Program-made: the position numbers and the translations under genes
Notes under the pieces: model-generated
Told to the model about the DNA's origin: nothing
Databases searched by the model: none
The model's input: only the letters and a program-made list of their open reading frames with translations
In this document: one piece after another, positions 1-9,358 of the stretch
How the letters are laid out: the number at the start of each line of letters is the position of its first letter
How positions within the stretch are numbered: position 1 is the stretch's first letter
NCBI GenBank assembly: GCA_011191985.1
Contig: DUEU01000071.1
Location: 1,283 to 55,348 of the forward strand
Direction of reading: 5' to 3'
Length of the DNA stretch: 54,066 nt
Source: Dehalococcoidia bacterium
GTDB taxonomy: Bacteria > Chloroflexota > Dehalococcoidia > Dehalococcoidales > W111

Positions 1-61
1 CGGGTACCGGTACGCCTTCACGGGAGAATAACTCGTGTCCTTCGTATTCGTACAGTCTCAT
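1..61 (-). CDS. N-terminal fragment of succinyl-CoA synthetase beta-like ATP-grasp protein (runs off the window edge)
   Basis: Manual translation from ATG at 61: MRLYEYEGHELFSREGVPVP, resembling the SucC-type N-terminus MxLxEYxxKxLFxxxGxPxP. Not in ORF track. Confidence 0.7.
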   Translation of the reverse strand, partial: MRLYEYEGHELFSREGVPVP

Positions 62-167
62 ATCGGCTAACCACTACATCTTACCCTGCCCGGGCAAGAT
101 GAGTCAAATCGGTACTCCTACCGCCCAACCAAGCCGCAGTATAGCGCCACGCTCAAACACTGCGGTT

Positions 168-197
168 TTTACAACCAACACCGCTAAATGTTATACT
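168..197 (+). promoter_or_regulatory. sigma70-type promoter upstream of abfD-pur operon
   Basis: TTTACA (168-173), 18 bp, extended -10 TG-T-TATACT (189-197). Confidence 0.5.
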
Positions 198-254
198 GAC
201 TTAGGAGCTGAAATTTCTTCAATTCTGGCGGGACAAGGAGGCTAGAGGAGACCA

Positions 255-1694
255 GTGGCATTAAAGACAAAGGAACAGTATTACGAGTCATTGAAAGAAC
301 TGCACCCTACGGCCTACATCCTGGGGGAGAAGGTGGATAATCCCACCGAGCACCCCCTGATTAAGCATATGACAGCAGCGGTGGCGAAAACCTACGAGCT
401 GGAAAATGACACGGAAGGTAAGAAATTCCTGGTGGCTCAGTCCGACCTGACTGGGGAAGAGGTCAGCCGCTTTGTGAAATTCTATAAGGGTGTTGACGAT
501 CTGATGGCTAAGGTGAAAATGCTGAAATACCTTTCCCAGAGGATCGGCGGTTGCTACATGCGTTGCACCGGCATGGACGCCATCAATGCCGTTGGCATAG
601 AGGCCTATAACTGCGACCAGAAGTACGGCACGGAGTACTGGCCCCGACTGCAGGAATTCGTCAAGATGGTGCAGAAGAATGACCTCGTCGTCTTCAGCGG
701 CGTTACCGACGTTAAAGGGGACCGCTCACTGCGCCCGTCTCAGCAGAAAGACCCGGATATGTACCTGCACGTGGTAGACCGGAATAAGGACGGCATCGTC
801 GTCCGGGGCGCCAAGATACACCAGACCGGCTCCATGTGCGCCCACTGGGCACTGGTAGTGCCCACCCGGGAGATGCGCGAGGATGACAAGGACTACGCCG
901 TTTGCTTCGCCGTACCCAACGATGCCGAAGGGCTTATTCACGTCTACGGCCGGGGTACGCTGGAAGCCCAGCCGCTGCAGGACTGCGACCTGGGTAACGC
1001 CGAGTTCAGCAAGGCCTCTCCCATGGTCATCTTTAACGACGTATTCGTGCCCTGGGAAAGGGTGTTCCTGTGCGGGGAATACGAGTACGCCGGCGATATG
1101 GTACGCAACTTCGGTAACTACCACCGTCACTCTCACGGCGGCTGCAAGTGCGGTGTGGGCGATGTCTTGATTGGTGCTGCCGCTACCGCCGCCGATTATA
1201 ACGGCTTACCAAAGATATCTCACCTCCAGAATAAATACGCCGAGATGCTTAAGGTTACCGAAGCAATCTATGGCTGCTCCATCGCCGCATCGGTGGAATC
1301 CACCGAGACACCGTCCGGCATCTATACCGTTGACCCGGTGCTGTCAAACACATCCAAGCTCTACGAAGGCAAGGAGTTGGCTGAAGTTGTACGCCTGATG
1401 ATCGAGGTTGCTGGCGGCATGACCACCGACCTCCCTTCAGACAAAGACTTCGCCAACCCGGAAATCGGCCCCCTGCTGACCAAATACCTCAAGGGCGTGG
1501 ATGGCGTTGCTACGGAAGACCGGGTGAAGATATTCCGGTTAATCGAGAAGCTTGCCTTCGAAAGCCGGGATATCGTCTCCAACATCCATGGTGCCGGCTC
1601 ACCAGAGACACACCGCATGACCATACTGCGCAATGCCAATATAGAGGCCAAAAAGAAGCTGGCCAAGAACCTGGCCGGTATCAAAGAAAACTAA
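255..1694 (+). CDS. abfD: 4-hydroxybutyryl-CoA dehydratase / HpaB-family flavoprotein
   Basis: CYMRC and HRHSHGGCKC Fe-S ligand motifs, VTDVKGDRS, RGAKIHQTG, HGAGSP; GAGG RBS before GTG. Confidence 0.8.
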   Translation: MALKTKEQYYESLKELHPTAYILGEKVDNPTEHPLIKHMTAAVAKTYELENDTEGKKFLVAQSDLTGEEVSRFVKFYKGVDDLMAKVKMLKYLSQRIGGCYMRCTGMDAINAVGIEAYNCDQKYGTEYWPRLQEFVKMVQKNDLVVFSGVTDVKGDRSLRPSQQKDPDMYLHVVDRNKDGIVVRGAKIHQTGSMCAHWALVVPTREMREDDKDYAVCFAVPNDAEGLIHVYGRGTLEAQPLQDCDLGNAEFSKASPMVIFNDVFVPWERVFLCGEYEYAGDMVRNFGNYHRHSHGGCKCGVGDVLIGAAATAADYNGLPKISHLQNKYAEMLKVTEAIYGCSIAASVESTETPSGIYTVDPVLSNTSKLYEGKELAEVVRLMIEVAGGMTTDLPSDKDFANPEIGPLLTKYLKGVDGVATEDRVKIFRLIEKLAFESRDIVSNIHGAGSPETHRMTILRNANIEAKKKLAKNLAGIKEN

Positions 1695-1698
1695 AACA

Positions 1699-2970
1699 AT
1701 GAAGGTACTGGTTATCGGCGGTGGTGCCAGAGAGCATACCCTAGTCTGGAAGCTCACCCAGAGCCCCAGGGTCAGCGAAATTTTCGTTACGCCGGGTAAT
1801 GCCGGCACCGCTCAGCTGGCCTACAACCTCGATATCAGCCCGACCGATATTGAAGCCCTGGCCCAGGCCGCCAGAGATAACCGAATCGACCTCACCGTAG
1901 TCGGCCCGGAGGCACCGCTGGCCGAGGGCATCGCCGACCAGTTCCTCATCAGGGGGATGGCCATCTTTGGTGCCACTAAAAAGGCCGCCGAAATAGAAAC
2001 CAGCAAGGTTTTTGCCAAAGAACTGATGCAGAAATATAACATCCCCGGCGCCGGCAGCGCCAGCTTTGCCGACTACAACCAGGCGAAAGAGTATGTCTCC
2101 CAGCAGACAGCGCCGGTAGTGATAAAGGCCGATGGGCTGGCAGCAGGTAAAGGGGTAACAGTCGCCGAGACAATCCCGCAGGCCCTGGATACCCTGGCTA
2201 GCATCATGGAAGCTAAAGTCTTCGGGGCGGCCGGTGACCAGGTGCTCGTTGAGGAATACCTGTCTGGAAGAGAGATGAGCGCCTTTGTCTTTACCGATGC
2301 CCACACCGTGGTGACGATGGTACCCGCCTGCGACTACAAGCCGGTTTTCGATGGCGACCTCGGCCCCAACACCGGTGGCATGGGCAGTTACAGCCCTCCG
2401 TATTTCTACGGCCCTGACCTAGCACAGGTGGTCGCCGAGACAATCATGAGGCCAACAGTAAAGGCCCTTTATGAGGAAGGCAGACCCTATAAAGGTGTCC
2501 TCTACGGCGGCCTGATGATTACCAAGAACGGGCCAAGGGCACTGGAGTTCAACGCCCGCTTCGGTGACCCTGAGGCACAGGTTATTCTGCCCCGGCTCAA
2601 AACTGACCTGCTGGAAATCATGATAGCCGTGGTTGACAACAGACTGGATAAGATAAACGTAGAGTGGAGCCAATATGCCTGTGTTGGTGTTGTCCTGGCA
2701 TCTGCCGGCTACCCCGACAGCTACCAGACCGGCTTCCCCATCAGCGGCCTCGACGACCTGGATGATAACATCCTAGTATTCCATGCCGGCACCAGGGCCG
2801 GTACCGGGACGGGACAGGTATTGACCAGCGGTGGGCGCGTGCTTACAATAGTAGCTATGGGGAAGACCATTGCCGAGGCGAGGGAAAAGGTCTACGCTAA
2901 TGTCCCCCGAATTCACTTCGAGGGTGTTCACTATCGCCAGGACATTGCCCTCACCAAGAGAGGTAAGTAA
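1699..2970 (+). CDS. purD: phosphoribosylamine--glycine ligase
   Basis: MKVLVIGGGAREH, KADGLAAGKGV, GPNTGGMG, EFNARFGDPE. Confidence 0.97.
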   Translation: MKVLVIGGGAREHTLVWKLTQSPRVSEIFVTPGNAGTAQLAYNLDISPTDIEALAQAARDNRIDLTVVGPEAPLAEGIADQFLIRGMAIFGATKKAAEIETSKVFAKELMQKYNIPGAGSASFADYNQAKEYVSQQTAPVVIKADGLAAGKGVTVAETIPQALDTLASIMEAKVFGAAGDQVLVEEYLSGREMSAFVFTDAHTVVTMVPACDYKPVFDGDLGPNTGGMGSYSPPYFYGPDLAQVVAETIMRPTVKALYEEGRPYKGVLYGGLMITKNGPRALEFNARFGDPEAQVILPRLKTDLLEIMIAVVDNRLDKINVEWSQYACVGVVLASAGYPDSYQTGFPISGLDDLDDNILVFHAGTRAGTGTGQVLTSGGRVLTIVAMGKTIAEAREKVYANVPRIHFEGVHYRQDIALTKRGK

Positions 2971-3431
2971 TGCCACCGGTAGCCGTGGTCATGGGTTCCA
3001 AATCAGATGCCGAGATAATGCAGGCAACACAGGACGTGCTAGACAGTCTGGCTATCGGTTATGAGGTGAACGTAATCTCGGCCCACCGCACCCCAGAAAA
3101 GGCAAAACAGTTTGCCCTGAACGCGCGCGACTGCGGTATAGAAGTCATAATTGCCGCCGCGGGCGGAGCAGCCCACCTGCCCGGGGTTCTGGCCAGCTGG
3201 ACAAGCCTGCCCATTATCGGCGTCCCCCTGGCCAGCAGCGATTTGCAGGGGCTCGATGCCCTCCTTTCTATAGCCCAGATGCCGGCCGGTATCCCTGTGG
3301 CCACGGTAGCGGTAGGCAAGGCCGGCGCCAAGAACGCCGCCTATCTTGCTGCCGAAATCCTGGGCCTGAAATACCCCGAGATAAGAGACGCCTACGAAGA
3401 ATACCGGAAGGGCCTGCAAGGAGAGTCATGA
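2970..3431 (+). CDS. purE: N5-carboxyaminoimidazole ribonucleotide mutase
   Basis: VMGSKSD, SAHRTP, AAHLPG, QMPAGIPVATV. Confidence 0.97.
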   Translation: MPPVAVVMGSKSDAEIMQATQDVLDSLAIGYEVNVISAHRTPEKAKQFALNARDCGIEVIIAAAGGAAHLPGVLASWTSLPIIGVPLASSDLQGLDALLSIAQMPAGIPVATVAVGKAGAKNAAYLAAEILGLKYPEIRDAYEEYRKGLQGES

Positions 3432-4777
3432 TTGAGCGTTACTCTCGTTCCCAGATGAAGAGAATATGGTCCGATGAGAACAAGTTTAGCAAGTGGCTTG
3501 AGGTCGAGATTTCCGTTTGTGATGCCTGGGCAGAGCTGGGCGTTATTCCCCGTCAGGCGGCCGCCAAGATTAAGCTGGCCAAATGCAATCTAAAACGTAT
3601 GGAGGAGATTCTCAAAACAACTCACCACGACGTGACCGCCTTTCTCGGCTCGGTGTCAGAAAGCCTGGGAGAGGAATCACGATTTGTCCATCTCGGTCTC
3701 ACCTCATCCGACGTCATCGACACAGGCTTGAGCCTGCAGATGGTTGAAGCCGCCGAGATACTGGCCCAGGATATAAAGGAACTGATATCAGCACTGGCAC
3801 AGAAGGCGATAGAACACAAATACACGCCAATGATAGGTCGCACCCACGGCGTTCACGCCGAGCCGATTTCCTTCGGGCTAAAGCTGGCACTGTGGACAGA
3901 GGAGATGAGGCGCAATCAGAAGCGCCTGGCCGAAGCCAGACAGGCAATCGCGGTGGGCAAGATTTCCGGCGCCGTCGGCACCTATGCCACGGTGCCGCCT
4001 GAGGTCGAGGAGAAGGCCTGTGCCAAGCTGGGTCTTACCCCCGCCCCGGTGTCCAGCCAGGTTCTACAGCGCGACCGCCATGCCCAGTTTGTGACCACCT
4101 TGGCCATAACCGCCAGCTCTCTGGAAAAGTTTGCCACCGAGATCAGGCTTCTGCAAAAAACGGAGACACGGGAGGTAGAAGAACCGTTCAGTGCCGGGCA
4201 GACCGGCTCGTCGGCCATGCCCCATAAACGGAACCCCGAGCTCTGTGAGCGCATCAGCGGCCTAGCCCGGCTGGTACGGGGTTACGCCCTGACCTCAATG
4301 GAAAACATCGCCCTCTGGCACGAGCGGGACATAAGTCACTCCTCCACCGAGCGCATCACCATACCCGACGCCTGCCTGCTGCTGGACTACTGCCTGGCCA
4401 TGTTCACCTCGATAATCAGCGGGCTGCACGTTTACCCCCGGAAAATGAAGCAAAATATCGGGCTCACCAAGGGACTTATCTTCTCCCAGAGGGTGATGCT
4501 GGCGCTTATTGATAAAGGACTCTCCCGGCAGAAAGCCTACGAACTGGTGCAGCGCAACGCTATGCCAGTATGGCTCAAAAACCGTAATTTCCTGACCCTG
4601 CTGAAGGCAGACCCTGAGGTGACGGCCAACCTATCCCCGGCAGAGCTCGAAGCACTATTCGACTACCGGTACTACCTGCGCTATATAGACGATATCTTCC
4701 AGCGCCTGGGGTTAACCCAAACGCAGTGGAAACCCAGCATCACCAAGCATGCCGACCTGGGTCCCCGGGCACTATAA
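3428..4777 (+). CDS. purB: adenylosuccinate lyase
   Basis: MIERY, GRTHGVHAEP, GSSAMPHKRNP signature, WHERDISHSS. Confidence 0.97.
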   Translation: MIERYSRSQMKRIWSDENKFSKWLEVEISVCDAWAELGVIPRQAAAKIKLAKCNLKRMEEILKTTHHDVTAFLGSVSESLGEESRFVHLGLTSSDVIDTGLSLQMVEAAEILAQDIKELISALAQKAIEHKYTPMIGRTHGVHAEPISFGLKLALWTEEMRRNQKRLAEARQAIAVGKISGAVGTYATVPPEVEEKACAKLGLTPAPVSSQVLQRDRHAQFVTTLAITASSLEKFATEIRLLQKTETREVEEPFSAGQTGSSAMPHKRNPELCERISGLARLVRGYALTSMENIALWHERDISHSSTERITIPDACLLLDYCLAMFTSIISGLHVYPRKMKQNIGLTKGLIFSQRVMLALIDKGLSRQKAYELVQRNAMPVWLKNRNFLTLLKADPEVTANLSPAELEALFDYRYYLRYIDDIFQRLGLTQTQWKPSITKHADLGPRAL

Positions 4778-4784
4778 GGAGCCT

Positions 4785-5699
4785 ATGGACAATAGCACCC
4801 CGGTCTTACTAGAAACTGATTTACCACTACCCCTATTCCTAAGGGGCAAGGTACGGGACACCTACGACCTCGGTGACCTGATGCTCATTATCGCCACTGA
4901 CCGCATCTCGGCCTTCGATGTGGTCCTCCCCGATGGTATACCAAGCAAAGGACGAGTGCTCAATCAACTTTCCAGCTTCTGGTTCCAGAAGACCGCAAGC
5001 CTGATACCCAACCACCTGGTAGCCACCGTGGATGACGTCCAGAAGCTCGATGCCTACCTCCCGGCTCAGAGTCGCGCCTACCCCGCTTACCTGGCCGGTC
5101 GGTCAATGATAGTTAAGAAGGCAGAGCGGGTGCTGGTGGAATGTGTCGTTCGTGGCTATCTGGCCGGCTCAGCGTGGGACGAGTACCGGCAACATGGTAC
5201 GGTACTAGGCAAGACGCTATCGGCCAGACTCCAGCATAGCCAGGAACTACCCGAGCCACTGTTCACCCCGACCACCAAGGCAGAGAGCGGCCACGACCTG
5301 CCCCTCAGCAATGCCGAGCTGGAAAACCTGGTCGGCAGAGCCGTTGCCGAGGAACTGGAAGCCAGAAGCCTGGCCATATATCGCTATGCCCGAGAGTACG
5401 CCAGTAAGCAGGGCATTATTATTGCTGATACCAAGATGGAGTTCGGGCTGGAAGACGGTCGGCTTATCCTTATTGACGAACTGCTGACCCCAGACTCGTC
5501 TCGCTTCTGGGACGCCGGCGAGTATAAGGTCGGCCAATCTCAACCCAGCTACGATAAGCAGCCGGTCCGCGACTGGCTCACCAACTCCGGGTGGAACAAA
5601 GAGCCGCCGGCGCCAAATTTACCACCGGCGGTCATTGCCAGCACCACGAAACGATATGAGCAGGCCTACGAAAGGCTAACGGGCCAGAGACTGAGGTGA
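4785..5699 (+). CDS. purC: SAICAR synthetase
   Basis: GKVRDTY, TDRISAFD, ADTKMEFG, DELLTPDSSRFW; start moved to ATG 4785, which follows AAGGAG. Confidence 0.95.
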   Translation: MDNSTPVLLETDLPLPLFLRGKVRDTYDLGDLMLIIATDRISAFDVVLPDGIPSKGRVLNQLSSFWFQKTASLIPNHLVATVDDVQKLDAYLPAQSRAYPAYLAGRSMIVKKAERVLVECVVRGYLAGSAWDEYRQHGTVLGKTLSARLQHSQELPEPLFTPTTKAESGHDLPLSNAELENLVGRAVAEELEARSLAIYRYAREYASKQGIIIADTKMEFGLEDGRLILIDELLTPDSSRFWDAGEYKVGQSQPSYDKQPVRDWLTNSGWNKEPPAPNLPPAVIASTTKRYEQAYERLTGQRLR

Positions 5700-5703
5700 T
5701 AGC

Positions 5704-6048
5704 CTAGCGGTAGTAGGAGGTCGACTTCTCGAGGCCCGATTGAAGAAGTTTGTCTTCCGCCAGGTAATAATCGCCGTCTTTGGTCATGATTACAATCTCG
5801 GCCCTCATCAGCGAAGCCAAAGCATACTGCTTGTAGTCACGTCCCCGGAACATCCCTTCCAGCATCCCCTTGGGCCTCAGTCCCAGTTCGTCAAGTGACT
5901 TGGCACTGCCGATGCCGACAGCGTTACTCTCCCGGAAAATCCGTATTACCTGCCGCACGGCCCGCTTCAGACGCCATTGGGGAATAAAAATCAGGGCCAG
6001 GAGCATGAGTACAATAGCGGCGATTATCAAAACTACATCATTGTTCAT
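5704..6048 (-). CDS. small membrane-anchored hypothetical protein
   Basis: N-terminal hydrophobic helix plus soluble domain; starts 8 bp after hisB. Confidence 0.65.
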   Translation of the reverse strand: MNNDVVLIIAAIVLMLLALIFIPQWRLKRAVRQVIRIFRESNAVGIGSAKSLDELGLRPKGMLEGMFRGRDYKQYALASLMRAEIVIMTKDGDYYLAEDKLLQSGLEKSTSYYR

Positions 6049-6056
6049 GTTAAACC

Positions 6057-6647
6057 CTAGCTTTCTAACAGGTCCTTAGTGCTGGGCAGATCGCCGGCAA
6101 TCCGCTCGTCTATCTTGGTCGCTGCGTCCAGCGCCCGGCCCAAAGCCTTAAACAGGGCCTCGGCCTTGTGATGGTCATTAGTGCCGTAAGCCACCCGGGC
6201 ATGAAGATTAAGACGGCCTTCAATGGCAAACGACTCCATGAAGTGGCGGATAAGGTCAGTGGGAAATCCGGCCATGTCGTTATCGCTAAAGGACAGGTCC
6301 AAGACCGTGTATCCCCTACCGCCGATGTCAACGGCCACCATCGCCAGGGCGTCATCCATAGGCACGGCAACATCCGCCATCCGGACTATACCGCGTTTTT
6401 CACCCAGGGCTTCGTTAAAGGCCTTACCCAAACAGATAGCAACATCCTCCACCAGGTGGTGCTGGTCATTACCCACGGCTGACAACTTTATGTCGAGTAG
6501 CCCGTGGCGGGCTATCTGCGCTATCAGATGGTCAAAAATTCTGATGCCGGTGTTGGTCTCCCATATTCCGCTACCATCGAGGGCGAGCTCCAGACTGATG
6601 TTAGTTTCCGCTGTCTCGCGTCTGACGACCGCAAGTCTATTTGTCAT
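6057..6647 (-). CDS. hisB: imidazoleglycerol-phosphate dehydratase
   Basis: DQHHLVED and NDHHKAEA metal-binding motifs, PSTK. Confidence 0.97.
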   Translation of the reverse strand: MTNRLAVVRRETAETNISLELALDGSGIWETNTGIRIFDHLIAQIARHGLLDIKLSAVGNDQHHLVEDVAICLGKAFNEALGEKRGIVRMADVAVPMDDALAMVAVDIGGRGYTVLDLSFSDNDMAGFPTDLIRHFMESFAIEGRLNLHARVAYGTNDHHKAEALFKALGRALDAATKIDERIAGDLPSTKDLLES

Positions 6648-7749
6648 CCAACTCCTTCTCTATTTGCTTGAGTACCCTTATCATAACATCAGTGTGCTCC
6701 GGTTTGCCAACACCGAAGCGAAGGGCGTTCTGCAATAGCGGAATATTGAAGTAGCGTATCAGTATCCCCTTTCTCTCAAGTCTTTGCTGGATTTCGTAGG
6801 CGTTACCCTTCAGGACAGAACAGAATACAAAGTTGGCCCAGGACGGATATGGCTTCAGGAAAGATAGCTGGCTCAACTCGGCAAATAGCCTGTCCCTCTC
6901 GGCCACTATAGTCTTCACGTTGTTACGCAGATACTCAAGGTCTTTGAGCGACTCCCGCACCGCAATCTGAGCGGCTATATTTACGTTGTAGGGCTCCTTG
7001 ATCTTCATTACATAGTCAGCGATCTGGGGAGGGAAGATACCATAACCAATCCTCATCCCGGCCAGTCCCGCCCACTTGCTGAAGGTCCGCAGTACCATCA
7101 TATTGTCATACTTACTGGCCAGAGGGACAACGGTTTCCCCGTTGAACTCGACATAGGCCTCGTCCACCAGAACAGGTACCCCGGTCTCCACTATTTCCAG
7201 GATGTCCTCTAGCGGTATCTTGGTGCCGGTGGGATTATTCGGGGTCGCCAGAGGTATCAATCTGGTCCGCGGGGTGATGGCCGCTTTCACAGCCGCGACA
7301 TCGACCATATAATCCTCGTTGCGGGGCACCTCGACCAAGGTGCCGCCGCACAGTTGCGTCCGGTGACGGAAGATATCAAAGGTGGGCACACAGTTTATTA
7401 CCTCATCACCCGGCCCGACAAAAGAGCGCATAATATAGCCTATCAGCTCGTCGCTGCCGTTACCGGCGGCGATACACTCTGGCCTGGCGCCGACATACTC
7501 TGAGAGCATTTTCCTCAGTTCTACCTGCTCGGCATCGGGGTAGATATTAATACTAGAGCACTCGGCCAGTGCCCGCTGGACTCTGGGTGAACAACCGTAA
7601 GGATTTTCATTGGCATCCAGTTTGATGACATCCTTTGTCGCCACCTCCATCTTGCCCTCCAGGGCATCTGGGGCCTTGCTGGCAACGTAGCCACCCAGGG
7701 CAATAATCCAAGGCTTGACCAGCCCTTCTATTCCGATAACCTTACTCAT
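6637..7749 (-). CDS. hisC: histidinol-phosphate aminotransferase (possibly also aromatic aminotransferase)
   Basis: [34 protein letters not shown] lysine; ATG 7749 follows GAGGTGAGG (GTG 7758 is an alternative start). Confidence 0.93.
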   Translation of the reverse strand: MSKVIGIEGLVKPWIIALGGYVASKAPDALEGKMEVATKDVIKLDANENPYGCSPRVQRALAECSSINIYPDAEQVELRKMLSEYVGARPECIAAGNGSDELIGYIMRSFVGPGDEVINCVPTFDIFRHRTQLCGGTLVEVPRNEDYMVDVAAVKAAITPRTRLIPLATPNNPTGTKIPLEDILEIVETGVPVLVDEAYVEFNGETVVPLASKYDNMMVLRTFSKWAGLAGMRIGYGIFPPQIADYVMKIKEPYNVNIAAQIAVRESLKDLEYLRNNVKTIVAERDRLFAELSQLSFLKPYPSWANFVFCSVLKGNAYEIQQRLERKGILIRYFNIPLLQNALRFGVGKPEHTDVMIRVLKQIEKELDDK

Positions 7750-7816
7750 TTTCCTCACCTCTTATCGCTGATTATTTTTAACCGGTCTATGACCAGCAGT
7801 TTTAATTACGTTCACC

Positions 7817-7844
7817 AAAATAAAATTCCCTCCGCTTGGGAGGG
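7817..7844 (-). terminator. attenuator terminator upstream of hisC
   Basis: Minus strand CCCTCC-CAAGC-GGAGGG followed by AATTTTATTTT. Confidence 0.75.
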
Positions 7845-7896
7845 CTTCTCTTTTAATTTCCGGATTGTCTTATTTCTTTGAGCTATACCATCGACA

Positions 7897-7983
7897 TTAC
7901 ATCAATACCTCCCAAGCGCCGCTGCGCCCAGTAAACGCGAAATAATAATAGTAAGCCTTGTGAACAACTAAATACGCTTTCAT
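7897..7983 (-). CDS. Tyr/Phe-rich attenuation leader peptide, 28 aa (MKAYLVVHKAYYYYFAFTGRSGAWEVLM)
   Basis: Manual translation; four tandem Tyr codons then F-A-F; its 3' part (7908-7918) is an 11-nt perfect complement of the terminator arm and loop (7833-7843). Confidence 0.8.
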   Translation of the reverse strand: MKAYLVVHKAYYYYFAFTGRSGAWEVLM

Positions 7984-8013
7984 CTCTAACTCACTTTATT
8001 TGCCGTAAGTTTA

Positions 8014-9357
8014 TCACAACGAGCGTGGTTTGTCAATATCCTGAATCCGCCTTTCCACTGCCCGGGCGTGGGCATCAAGCCCCTCGGCCCGGGCGATGAT
8101 GGCGGCCGCCTGCCCCAGTTGTCCCAGGTCGAACTGGTCAGTATCAACCAGGTTCGTAAGCTTGATGAAACTGCCTACATTAAGTGGTGAGCTGAACCGG
8201 GCCGTGCCGCCGGTGGGCAGAACATGACTTGGCCCGGCCACGTAATCCCCCAGAACCACGGTAGAACCCCGGCCGACAAATACCGTCCCGGCACTGGTTA
8301 TCTTGTTGAGGTGCGCGCTGGCCCGGTCTATCATCAGGCACAGGTGCTCCGGCGCATAGATGTTGGCCAGCTCTATCGCCTCGTCAAGGGTATCAACCAT
8401 GGCAATTATCCCCCTCCTCTCCAGGGACTCGGCGATGGTGGCTTGCCGCGGCAAATCTTTAACCTGCCGCTCAACTTCTCGGTTGACCTCTTCGGCCAAC
8501 CGCCACGAAGTGGTTACCAGAATAGCCGAGGCCAGGGGGTCATGCTCGGCCTGGGCCAGGAGGTCACCGGCACAATACGCAGGGTCGGCCTTTTCATCGG
8601 CGATAATCAAAACCTCGCTCGGGCCCTGCAGCCCATCGATATCCACCACGCCGTAGACCATCTTCTTGGCCAGAACCACGAAGATATTGCCCGGACCACA
8701 AATCTTGTCCACACGGGGGATAGACTCCGTGCCGAAGGCCAGGGCAGCGATGGCTGACGCCCCGCCGACGCAAAATATGCGGTCGACACCGGCAATATCG
8801 GCCGCTACCAGCGTTGCCGGCGGTACTACTCCCTGCGGACCCGGTGGGGTGACCAGCACGACTTCTTCAACCCCGGCCACCCTGGCCGGAACCGCCGTCA
8901 TCAGTACCGTGGACGGGTAGCTGGCAGTACCACCGGGGGCATAGACACCGACCCGCTGCAATGGCCTTATCAACCAGCGCAACTGCTCTTTTTCCGCCTG
9001 GCCCCAGATAATGTGCTTCTGAGCGCTGTGGAAGGCCTGGATTCGCTCCGCAGCCAGCTTCAGGGCCGATACCAGCTCTTCAGCCACCTCGCGGTAGGCG
9101 GCGGTTATCGCTTCCCGGCCTACCTCCAGCGAGGTCAGTTCCAGCCCGTCAATCCGCAGGGCATAATCAAAGAGGGCCGCATCCCCCCGCTCCCGCACTT
9201 CGGCAACAATCTGCCGCACCGCCGCCTCAGGCTCAATCTCCCGGCCGAATATCTGCTTTAGCCTCTCCGCCAGCGCTGGCGAAACCGTATTCAACTCGGC
9301 AAGGGGGGACCGGGTTAACGCCGACTTCGCCGGCTGAAAGCCGTCAATAATAATCAA
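8014..9357 (-). CDS. hisD: histidinol dehydrogenase
   Basis: GVYAPGG, KICGPGN, GPSE, QAEHD, APEHL, GPSHVLPT. Confidence 0.97.
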   Translation of the reverse strand: MIIIDGFQPAKSALTRSPLAELNTVSPALAERLKQIFGREIEPEAAVRQIVAEVRERGDAALFDYALRIDGLELTSLEVGREAITAAYREVAEELVSALKLAAERIQAFHSAQKHIIWGQAEKEQLRWLIRPLQRVGVYAPGGTASYPSTVLMTAVPARVAGVEEVVLVTPPGPQGVVPPATLVAADIAGVDRIFCVGGASAIAALAFGTESIPRVDKICGPGNIFVVLAKKMVYGVVDIDGLQGPSEVLIIADEKADPAYCAGDLLAQAEHDPLASAILVTTSWRLAEEVNREVERQVKDLPRQATIAESLERRGIIAMVDTLDEAIELANIYAPEHLCLMIDRASAHLNKITSAGTVFVGRGSTVVLGDYVAGPSHVLPTGGTARFSSPLNVGSFIKLTNLVDTDQFDLGQLGQAAAIIARAEGLDAHARAVERRIQDIDKPRSL

Positions 9358-9358
9358 A

